From Vitrella brassicaformis CCMP3155 (lineage: Eukaryota; Protista; Chromerida), in NCBI GenBank assembly GCA_001179505.1, contig CDMY01000397.1, positions 1-64,000 of the forward strand: a stretch of DNA of 64,000 bases, read 5' to 3'. Both the position numbers and the translations under genes were made by a program. Positions 37,571 through 48,700 of this stretch are shown piece after piece. The stretch's first letter is position 1; each line of letters begins with the position of its first letter. The notes under the pieces are model-generated. The model was not told the DNA's origin, made no database searches, and was given only the letters and a program-made list of their open reading frames with translations.

Positions 37571-39005
37571 ATGCAGTGTCAGAAGCGGACAGATTGCACA
37601 CACGGCAACCCGATCATAGGGGAGCTCTTCCACAGCACTCAATGGAGAATCCACAGCGACCGACTCCGCAAGAGCAGGCCCCAAATCGACACGGCCGTGC
37701 CGCTGTCCACCGTCTACTCCCGCGGGCTGCCCAAGGACTACCCCTACCAGCAGAACAAGAAGAAGGAGGCAGCCTACCAGAACTACAAGATGCTGCAGAG
37801 CATCGCCAAAACCATGACAAGGGTGCCGCAGCTGCCTGAGCGGATCAAGGGGTGCCCGCCCAGCCTCAACAGACACGCACGGCAGAAGGAGCTGTTCCGC
37901 ATCATGGGCGAGAACCAGGTGAACAAACCAAGCCAGAGTGGATGAGTCATGCAGCCTTCTGCTGTGTGACTACTTGCAGAGGTTGTTGCACCGGTTGGAG
38001 ACGTGCAAGTCGGTCTATTCCGTGCAGAAGCTCAAGGAGGAGCGCAAGGTGCAGCTCAAGTATAGATTCAACTGCAGCTATGCGTGCAGGAGACAAAAGA
38101 TGGGCAGTGGCGCTTGTGGTACGCTGCCACCTCTCGACGCCAGCAAGCGCTTCCGCGGCTTCCATTCCTCTCGAGCTAAAGCCCAGTCCTCTCCATCACA
38201 GTCCCATGCCTATCCGGGATCAGCTGTGCATTCGCCGGGCTCCAAAAGCTGTCCTGTCCTCCCCCCTATCGAAGCGCAAGACTCGTCTGCAGAGCCGCCG
38301 CCCCCTGCTGCTGCAGCTGCTACCGAGAGTGACTTCCCCCCGCCCCCAGAGGAGATCGACGGCGAAGACGGCGGCCTGCCTGATCCCTACGGGCCTGACT
38401 TCGTCACGCCATCGAATGAGTCTCCGGTGCCCTCCTCTGCGTCACTCACCGGCCGTGGCCGCTCATCGCGCGTGTCTCGAGGGTCCAAGAGCAGCAATGG
38501 CAGGCCGCCAACCAGCAGTGTGGCTGGAGGGGGGAAAGGAGAGAGGGGTCTTGCCAAGGACAGTGCTGGTGGTGGCGAGAGGGAAAGCGACGACGCTGAG
38601 GCTGTGCTTGCGGCCATGCCACCGCCTCCCGACAGACCGCCGGGCCGGAGAGGCGGCCCCTCACATTTGAGGGTGGAGACGGGCGATGAGGGCCGGGGGC
38701 CGGTGCCGCTGAGAGCGACAGAGGAGGGTGCCCGGCTGGCACCGCAGAAGCAGAGGAAAGCCGGTGAGAAGAAGGCCAAACAGAGGGTGAAGGAGGAGCA
38801 CTGGAAGGACAAGCAGCTGGCGGCTCTGCTGAACGAGCTGGACGGTGCCAACCCGTACTATGAGGAGGTGTCTGTGGGTGAAGGTGAGTCGAGGGCGCAG
38901 GGGGTTCTGCAGAGGGCGCAGCTGGAGAAAGAGCATGAGCGGTCCCGGCTGATGCAGTCTCAGGACAGGCCACACATGGCTGGCAAGAGGATGCCCAGAC
39001 GGTGA
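37571..39005 (+). CDS. CFAP97/KIAA1430-domain cilia/flagella-associated protein with long low-complexity tail
   Basis: HSDRLRKSRPQIDTAVP, NKKKE...NYKMLQSIAK, SLNRHARQKELFRIMGENQ|RLLHRLETCKSVYS match the CFAP97 domain pattern as I recall it; one intron; TGA at 39003-39005. Confidence 0.75.
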
Positions 39006-40631
39006 GTGATTGTTGGACTGATGGTCGGGCGGGTATATGGAAGTGCGGATGTCTCGATTCGTTTTCTTTCTTTCGGTGGCCATGTGGTGTCTGTTCTGAC
39101 GTACTACTATTATATGGCTGGTTGAAATCGCACCCTCCGATTGTACTGTCCCATCCGTCCATCATGAGACATGACTCACGGGGGTGCGTGCAGCACCGCA
39201 GCAAAAATATTACTAAATGCACACAGCATCCACACAGCCATCCATCCATCCATGCATCCATCCATAATGTGTTGATAGGGAGATGCCATACAATAAAGCC
39301 TGGACACCACACACCAAATCATGGGCCACTTCTTGAAAAAGGGAGCATGAAGCGATATAGATGGAACGTGGATGGACGGAAAGGAACGATGGCTTGCCTG
39401 TACATTTACTCTGTCTGCCAGCCGAATTGTGTTGACGCCCCCCCTCACACACACATGGACAGACCGATACAGTCAGTCAGTCAGTCGTGGGCGAGTTGAC
39501 GTAGACAGATACGTCCGCCGCCTGCAAGCCAGCCACATCCAGGTAGGCACAGCCAGCTACCTCAACACGCGCACACCTACACACACTGAACAGACGGGGG
39601 AAAAACGATGGCAGGACATGACTATCACCACACACACACACACCCTCCCCCTCCGGCTCACCAGTGAGTGCTGGCTGTCAATTCGAGAGCGTTACGCACA
39701 CATGGAACAGCCGCCTGCCTTCCTTGAGGTTTAAATAGCGCCCCTTTGAGCCGACAGACACGCACACAGACAGACGGACAGACAGACAGACAGACACGCA
39801 GACATGCAGACAGACAGAGAGATAGACCGAAAAAATGGTCATTCATGTGTGCAATGTAATGGTCATCCATGTGTGTGTTAGCACCGAGCGGGCTGCAGGT
39901 GCCAGCGATGCTCTGGCGCAGGAGAAGGATACGCGGGGAAACATGGCCCAATCGCAGGCACGCATCCCAGCGTACCAGTGCCCAGCACCAGCATCCCTGA
40001 CACACACTGCCGCCCAGATGATGGATGGATGGATGGATGGATGCATAGACAGACAGAAGGAAATGGCCCCAGGTGCGAGTTGGGGGCGGACACACATGGC
40101 ATACACATACATGAATAGCCAGTCGATGGGACAACAACACCCGGCTGATGGTTGCTCGCTGAACTAAACACATGAACATGAAATAGCGACTTGCAGGACC
40201 ACTGATGACCGCCGAAAAGCCAAAACCTGCCTGTCTGATCTGATCTCTCTACACTACACACACGCACACCCACACAGACAGACATGAAGGCACAGACACT
40301 CACGCACGCATGCATTCACTCATTCACTCATTCATTCATTCATTCAAACACAGGGATGGAATGTGCCCGTCCGGTATTCGACCACATGTAATCCATCCCC
40401 CATGCGACGGATCAGCAGCAGGTATGTATATATTATATAAACAGCACTCCCACTCACACCGAACCAAACACCAGCCGGCCGCAGACAGCCACACCAACCA
40501 AAAAGAGGCTCTCTCTACAGTCTGCCTACCTACCTAGCTAGCTCTCGTCCCGTACGTATGTACACCCACAGCCCTACACATGAGGAACGCGTACATAGAC
40601 GTCAGACAGACCGACAGACACCACTCATATA

Positions 40632-43600
40632 TCATGAATCGAATACGAATTGCCCCATGGCCACCAAGTCATAGCCCAGCCTTTCCGCGTTCCACTTAGC
40701 CTGCAGCGTGCCCTCGGCCCTCCCCCTGCCGAGCTGCGCGTGGCCGTCTCTCCCCCCCAGAGTGTGAGTGACAACCGCCTGCCCACCCAGTGTCCGCTTC
40801 ATGGGCGAATCGCTCTCGAACGGAATGATCAGCGGCTCGCATGGCAGGAGGGGTGAGGGGAAGGAGGCCTCGCGCTCCCACGAGCAACCCGCCGGCGGAT
40901 CGATCACATACATCCCTGCACAAGGTGCACAACCACACACACAGCAGAGATGTGTTTGGTGTGTGGTCGGTCCGTCGCTGCACTCACTCACCCATGAGTA
41001 TCATGTCTCCATGCAGCAGGTCGCCGACGTCTTGGCCACTGAAGCCCCCCTTGCCCACCACATACCTCCACCCGCCCTCGTGAATCGTCGGCTCCTTCCC
41101 CGTCAAGGACGACGCACCGCTGCCCACCACAAAGGACAGGCTTCTGAAATCTGCCGCCCTGTTGACCACGTAAGCCTCCACCCGACCGCCCGGCACGTAC
41201 ATGGTGGCCGTCAGGGGGAGGGTCGTGGCCGTGCCGAGGATGTCCTCCGAGATGGGTATGCCGAATCGGTCACCGAGGACGCGCTCGAGGAACTCCACAC
41301 GCATCGCTGCGTCAGCACGGGAGGGAGGACAGGTAGATGGTGGAACCGGGTGAGGGGCCTGCTTGTCGTGCGTCGCTTACCTCTGATGTCGGCGTCACTG
41401 ACGATGGTTGTGTGTGTCTTGAGGAACTCGATGCCGGCACCGCGGACGAAGTGGTGGGCTGTGGTGGCGGGGAAGGTCGCGACCCCAGCATTAGCCTGGG
41501 TGACCGGCATAAAACCTGACCAGAGAAAGAATCATACATGAGTCACCGTGCTGTTCGTCCCTCGTTGCCTCCATTGGTCACTTACCGTCTTGCATCCAGG
41601 TGATGGCGTGCTTGTAGTTGCTGAATGACAGCCCCCCCACCCGCCCCACCTTGCTGAACACTGGCTCCGTCCGCACACTCATCGCCGGCTGCACAGCAGA
41701 CGGGGAAAACCGCCATAACATGGACCCATCAAACTCTCCCGGCTGGGTCACGAACATGACACCCACGCCCCTGCCGTGGCCCCACTCAGAGCTGTACAGC
41801 CCGTAGTCAAACACGACGGGCGTGGACGGCGCTTGTCTGTCCTTGGCCTCAGGGAAGAAGAGTGGCGTCTCGGTTTGGTACTGAATGACCAGGTTGGGCT
41901 CGCCCTGCCGGTGCATCGTGGGGTTCTCCACCACCATGATGCCGTAGATGAGCAGAGTGCCGGGCGGCAGCCACCTGCCGCCGCCGCCGCCCCACGTGCC
42001 GGTGACTGTCAGCCCGTCCTTGCCCACATGCACGCCGTGGCACACGTCGATCACAGGAGACGATCGCAGAGGGCCCGCGCAGTGAGATGAAGGCAACGAC
42101 GCGTCCGTGCTCCACTCGCAGTAGGTAGCCAGGTGGAATGAGTCCCGCTCCAGGATGCCGGCGCTGAACTTGGTGCCTCTGCGGTCGAGTTCAATGGCCC
42201 TCTCCAGGGGCGTGTCCTCGACACCCTTGATCTTGACGCCGTAGTATGACCTGAGCCACTTGACGGCCGACCGCCTGAAGGCCCGAAGCTGCTCGTCGCT
42301 CTGGTAGGGCGTGACCATCCGCATGAAGCCGACGGCTTTGGGGGAGGGGCCCATGAGACCCTGGCGCACCCGGCCGCGGACCATCGAATGGAGGACCACA
42401 TGGCCGCTGCCCCTGCCCGTGCCGATGGACTGGACGGTCAGTATGGGGCCCTGAGTCTGCTGCCTGCTCACGGACGGCGAGCTGAACTGGGCGTTCATGC
42501 CTGGCGTAGCGACGGCAACGGCCTTCTGAGAAGGACCAGCCTCCAGGTGGTCGATGAGGATGTCCTGCAGGTCCGCGCCTGCGCCGAGTTCATCGGCCGG
42601 TGAGTGGACACCGTTGCCGTCCATGAAGATGCCGTGGACTGGCCCGTGGCGTGACAGCAGGTTCTCTACGGTCACGTGCTGGAGGGTAAGGCCCCACGAC
42701 GATGTGGCGGTGATGCCACGAACGTCAGCTCCCTGAAAGAAAAAGACAGAAAAATGATGCAGTTGTCGCTGCTCCGTGGTCACTGACCTGGTATTCGTGT
42801 GGTCTGAATTTGGTTGCCTTGACTGGGAGCTTGTTGTCGAGTTTGAAGGCGGCCATCTCGCTGCACAGCCACTCCTGGTGCTCGCCTACGTTGACCAGGT
42901 TCTGGATAGACACGTGCTTCATCTTGACGTCGTGCGCAAAGTCCGCTCGCACACCCATCAGGCCCTTTGGCGTGTGGAACATCACGTCCTGACATGCACA
43001 CACACACACACACACAGAGAGAGAGAGATCGAGAGATCATGGATTCTCCATATGTGTGTCCCGTCGTGCATTGTGTCTGTGTGTATTGTGTCTGTGTGTA
43101 GGTACCTGTCCGCACACAAGATAGTGCTCTTTCTCGCCAGGCTGAAACAGGTCCCCCATGACGGCTCCAGGTGTAGTCGCCCAGTCGAAGAACTCCTGTG
43201 TCAGCGCCAGTCCGCCGAAGTACCTCTTGGTGATGATAGCGGGGTCCCTTGGCTCCAGGTGCGTGTCCTTGATGTTGCCCTGCGAGGCGCAGACGGTCTC
43301 GGCCGAGGTGCGGTTGGTGTCGGTGTTGCCGCAGGGCGAGTTGAGGACTCGAGCCTTGAAGTAGCTGTTGCTCAGCTTCCACATGGCCAGGACGGCGTCG
43401 ACCAGGAAGGTGCCCCGGTACTCGCCGTAGGGCGTCAGAAAGTCGTCATCCACCACACGCTGGATGTCGATCACATCTCGGGTGGGCCCCTGCATGAACT
43501 TGCCATCCTGGCCGACGAGTGATGGCACGTTGACGGGGTTGTTGGTCAAGCCGACAATCTTGACGTCCAGCAGAGTGACGTCCTTGGTCACTCTGGGGCT

Positions 43601-45197
43601 CGTGCCGTCGTAGTAGTTCTCCTTGGGCTGGCCGTGCTCATCCACAGCACCCCCAAGTCGATGCAGGAGGATGCCGTACATGGACCCGCCGTCGGGCAGA
43701 CCCGACGGGTTGTCGAACCAGTACTTGGCCTCTGCAAACACAGAAATGCATAACACACGGATCGTACTGTGGTCGATAGAGGCGCTCTGTCACTGCGATG
43801 TCCTGACCATTGAGCAGCTTTTCGTCTTCATCGCTGACGGGGGTTCGTTGCCTCTCGAAGAGATGAAGTCCTGCCCTAAGCCGTGCGAAGACGTCTTGGA
43901 TCACCATTTGTTGGTCAGGCCTGTCTGCGTATGAGATGGTGTCCCTCAGCAGGTCGGCGAATTGCGGCCCCTCACGGCTGAACCCCATCGGGATGAGACG
44001 ATTCACATAATGGTCCACGAAGCGAGCGGCAGAGTAGAACCCTGATGGATGGATGGGTACAACAAAAGAAAACCACTGCAAAAGCGTTTGGGAGGTGTTG
44101 GTGGCGCTGTGTTTGTGTACCTCTGACAGGGACTCGTTTGGAGCTGGGTCCAATCTGTGTGTGCTGGATGACCACTCGCTTGGCCCCGTTACATTGGATG
44201 CCCGTGACCTCGAAGTCTCGAACCTCCAAGTTAGATACCACAATGTCATACGCTGACCGAACACAAAGGCACCGGCCAATACACGCACACGTGTGTGACT
44301 CATTAACCCATCTGCTCTGGCATGCCTGTCCCGCCACACCTCCGTTTGAGTGAATGCCGGCGTGCGACGACAGGCCGAGGATGCCGTTGGAGATGAGCGT
44401 CTTGGATGCCACCTTGGGCACCGAGTTGCGTTCCTTCAGTGGCGGTGAGGGCTGGCCGCCCGGCCGGGGATGCTCGAGCGACGGGTCGTTGTAGAGCTTG
44501 TCATTGACCTCCAGATTGAGCGACGACACCCCTCCGTTGAGCTCAAACGGCCCGTCGTTGAGCTCAATGCACGAAAAGAACCTGACAGACGAAAAACAGT
44601 GGATGCAGAGAGCCAGCTGCACGTTGGTTGCTGCTCGCCGGCGCACCGTTGTTTGAGGTAATGTTCATCGCTCTGTTTGATGGTGTGTCCGTTGAGGTCC
44701 AGCCACACCCCGCTGGTCTCGATGGTGATGGCCGAGAAAAAACCCAGATAGAACTTGCTGACGGGGTAATCGGCATCACCAAACTCGGGCCAGAAGTCCG
44801 TGTCCTACCAGGCACACAACATCAGTGTTACATCACACATTCACGTGCCCGCACTGCTCTCTCGAGGTGCCTGCACGGCTGCTCACCGGCCTTGGATTGA
44901 AAGTAATGTCCTCCCCGAGTCGGTACCTGCCCGGCTCTCGTATGCGGTATGTGCCCTTGTCGAAGTCCCGCTGCCTCAGCGTCTTTTTCACGGGCAGCCG
45001 CTGATATTTCGCCGCCCAGTCAGGCATCGCATCATCATCGGGGGGGCCCTGCACAGTGAACCAGCCCACAAGTGAGCACGTGAATCGTCCTCTGGTCATC
45101 CGTCTGATCTGCCTTGCGCTACCTGGGCTGTGACAGTGGCGATGAGGGAGGACGAGACGAGCAGAGAGTGCAGGATAGACTTTGTCCCGCAACACAT
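40632..45197 (-). CDS. Large secreted protein: predicted right-handed beta-helix region plus two tandem C-terminal beta-rich domains
   Basis: Signal-like MCCGTKSILHSLLVSSSLIATVTAQ|GPPDDD. Consecutive exons LRQRDFDKGTYRIREPGRYRLGEDITFNP, LGFFSAITIETSGVWLDLNGHTIKQS, LGLSSHAGIHSNG, VSNLEVRDFEVTGIQCNG, DVKMKHVSIQNL, GLTLQHVTVENL; stop after GQFVFDS at 40632. Confidence 0.7.
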
Positions 45198-45730
45198 CTC
45201 CTCTTCAGGCTCAGTGTGTAAGTGAATTGGCTGCCGCAGGTTATCGTCCCGGCTGGTTGTTCTGCTTGCCGGCGGTGCGCAGATCTTAGAACAAGCGAGC
45301 CGGTTGACCAAGGCGCACGGGAGCCCGCTCCAGACAGTGCTGCTCGCTGACCCAAGGAGGCGGCAAGGAGAGATCAGTCCTGGTATCGACAGACGGCAGC
45401 GACAAGCGAAGATGGGCAACGCGGCCGTTGACAGGGAGCGCCCTTTGACGCGCCATCCCCCCCTGCCTCTGCACGTCTAAGCTCGCACGTTTTATCGATC
45501 CACCCCGTTTTGCCGCTTTGGAGTGTTTTGGGGGGTATTCAGTTGTGCATAGCACGGCAACGCTGCCGAAGACGTCACCTTCACTGCAAGAACCCCGCGG
45601 AAGGAGAGACTGGGGGCCCCAAGGGGGCCAGCGAGCTTATTTCAGCCAACAGAAGACCTCAGGGCGAATTCCGGCCTTGTAAAGGCCGGCAGAGGCAAAC
45701 AAAGGCAGACAAGCTTCATAGCAGTGAATC

Positions 45731-48700
45731 ATGTCGCTCGAGCGCCCGCCAAAAGGTAAAAAGAAGGCGAGAGCGAACCTCGCTGTGGCCAGGCTCAGCA
45801 GCACACCCGCAGCTGGCGCCAGTTCTCTCACATCTGTCCCTGCTGTGCCCTGGCTGTATCATTTGCGTGTGCAGTGGGGCCAAAGCTGAAGGTCAAGTTC
45901 CCTGTCTTGAGACGAGCGGACTTCTCTGAGGAGATAGCGGCGCTCGGAGATCTCTCGCGGACGCTGTGCGCCACCAAGACGTCTTCCAAGGCAATCCTCC
46001 TCACCCTCTCCAAGTATGAGAAGTCGCGGTACAGTGACGAGTCCCAGGAGATCGGCAGCGAGGAGCCATCCACAGTCACAGCACTTCCAGCGATCCTGCC
46101 GCCTCCCTTCACGGGCGGCCCGGGAGGCGGTGGCGGGGCTCCTCCATCCAAACCAGCAGTGCGCCGCCTCGCCCCTCCCAGCCCTTCGCTCGGCCCATCG
46201 TCCTCTCTATCAGCCCTGGAGCCAATCGATGGGTCGAGGGGAAGGGGCAGAGGGGCGGGGAGGAAAGGCAAGTTCACCGACCTGGGAGCGCCTGAGAGCA
46301 GGGAGGTTCTCAGCTCGTGGCTAGACGACATCTCCAAGAAAGACCAGCACATTGGGCCCAAGACGGAGATCTCACCAGCAAGAAAACTGGTGGACCACTC
46401 TTCATTCGGTGCCGCGGCAACGAGAGGCACTACGACCCTTTTGGAGATGAGCAAGAGTGCTTCCGAGGGCACACTCAAGAAGCCTCGACCCCCAGAGCCA
46501 AAAGTGACCCCTGAAGACACCCAAGTCGATGAAGGGCAGAAGGTGCCCCACAAGGGCGCGATGGGTGACGGCCTGCCTCTGGAGCTCTTCGACGACCCAG
46601 ACGCCTTTGAGGACCTGCCGCCCGACGAGTGGGTGTCCCAATGCCAGCAGCGCCACACCGATGTGGGCATCTCTTTCGAGGAGGGGGCTGTGGGGCCGTC
46701 ACCAGAGGCTGCGTGTGCGGCGCCAGACGCGCACGTGCTGCACTATCGCGGGAACAACGTACGTGAGATGGATGCTGAAGTTTGCTCGCTCATTTGTCGG
46801 GCACTCATTTTTATGTCTGTGTACGTGCAGCTGTCGATGGTGCCATGCTATGTGCTGGGGTACAATGAGAAGCTGAAGCGCTTCCAAGTGGAGCTTGCTG
46901 ACAAGACAAGAGTTCGGAAGTTTGTGAGAAGACTCGCGCTGCGATTCCATTCGGAAGATCCAGAGTAGGCACACAAGCAAGAGACACACATGGACAAGCC
47001 CATGTCACTAAAGGTGGGTGTTTGCAGCCGTTTTGGCGACCGTGTCAAGTCGTGTTATCGCAAGAAGGATCATGTAGAGCTGCAGCAGAAGTTCATCCGC
47101 TCCATTGAGAGCATCGACACGGACAGAATAAGCCCCATGCTCAGATCGACAAAAGAGCTGTTTATTCGGCACTGCCTCAATAAGGCGCACATCGACGTGA
47201 GACAGAGACACTGCCACCTATCCCACAGGCAAAGACTCAGAAAGGACTGCCTCTTGGAGTGTGTGTCAGCGTCCGCAAGATTATGTGGCAGAGATAAGAC
47301 ATTTGCTGATAGAGATCGAGCAGAACTATGTCATCTCGATGAAGTTTGCGACGATCAAGGACCAGCTGATCGAGCTCAACGGCACTTCAGAGGCCTAGTA
47401 TGCGCGGCATGACAGAACCACACTGGGAAGTCAGAGCTGGGAAGTCAGAGTACAGAGGCGGCGCTTGTGCCTGTGTCTGTGGTCTGGTGTCAGTGTAGCT
47501 GAGGAGACATTGCAGTCGAACGAGTATGCGTCCTTGCTTGGCCCCTTCCTCCCCCCTCCCGTCCCCCTCTTTGCCCTGGCGGAGGTGCCGCCGCCAGAGC
47601 CACTCTACACCACTGCCAAAGAGAAACTCAGCCAAAACTTCAACTTCTCCAGGCCTAGACTAAGACCTGTGAGCAAAAGCATGGGCAGACCTGAGAGATG
47701 GTGATTCAATTGCGTGAATGCATCCATGTGTGTAGGTGAGTATGGATGTGTGGCGTCGGTTTGAGGAGGTGTGCAAGCTGCGCATTCTGGACACCAACCG
47801 AGGCCTGAACGAGACCTACATTCCTGGCATCATGACACACATGCACTCACCCACAGCCGGACCAACTGCTGTAGGCGAGTCACGATATGAAGAGCAGTGG
47901 GCAGCATCACACACATCCGTGTTCGTTCAGTCGTTCCGCCCGGCTGATTTTCTGGAGCATCTGAGGGTGCACAGACAGGAAGTGACGCTCGCACTCGACA
48001 GGCACTGGAGAGAATTCATCGTGTCAGAGGTATGCAAACACATACAGGCGGCATGACACAGTGCGATCACCCGACTGCTGACTTCCTTCCCATCTTGTCT
48101 CCTTCACCCACAGGTGATAGACAAGTTGTCGGAGGAGTTCAACTTCTTTGTAGACCAGGACGCCAAGTACACCCGGTCTGACCTGCACCGCTTCCTCAGG
48201 AAGCAGGACCTCATTCTCAACCAACAGATGCGGTTCTTCGTCCAAGACTCCATCGACGAGTGGACACGATTCCTTGAGTCCTTCCTCCCCAATCCAGATG
48301 TGGTATGGAGCACATAGCGGAGCTGGGTGTCATGCCTCAGGACAGCATTTCTCCCTGGTTTGCATGTCAGGTTGCGCCCACGCCGTTGCTGGTGCTCCAT
48401 ATTATGGATAAGTACAATGCAGTCAGACTCGACCCTGATGCAAAGACGTGACCCGGAGGAGAAACAAACTCCCTGACATACACAGTATCCGTGCTTGTGT
48501 TTCCAGGCTCGTCAAGTCTATCTTGGAGGCCATGAATGGCATTGTGGAGTGCTGCAACGCCATCAGAACCGTGGGTAGGTGAGACACAACACAAAAGCAG
48601 AGGGCAGCCACACGCGGCATGCTTGGCTGCCTTGTATGTGTGTCAGAGTACGAGTTGGTGCCCTTCTGCAACATACCAGAGACACAAATGTACCCCATCA

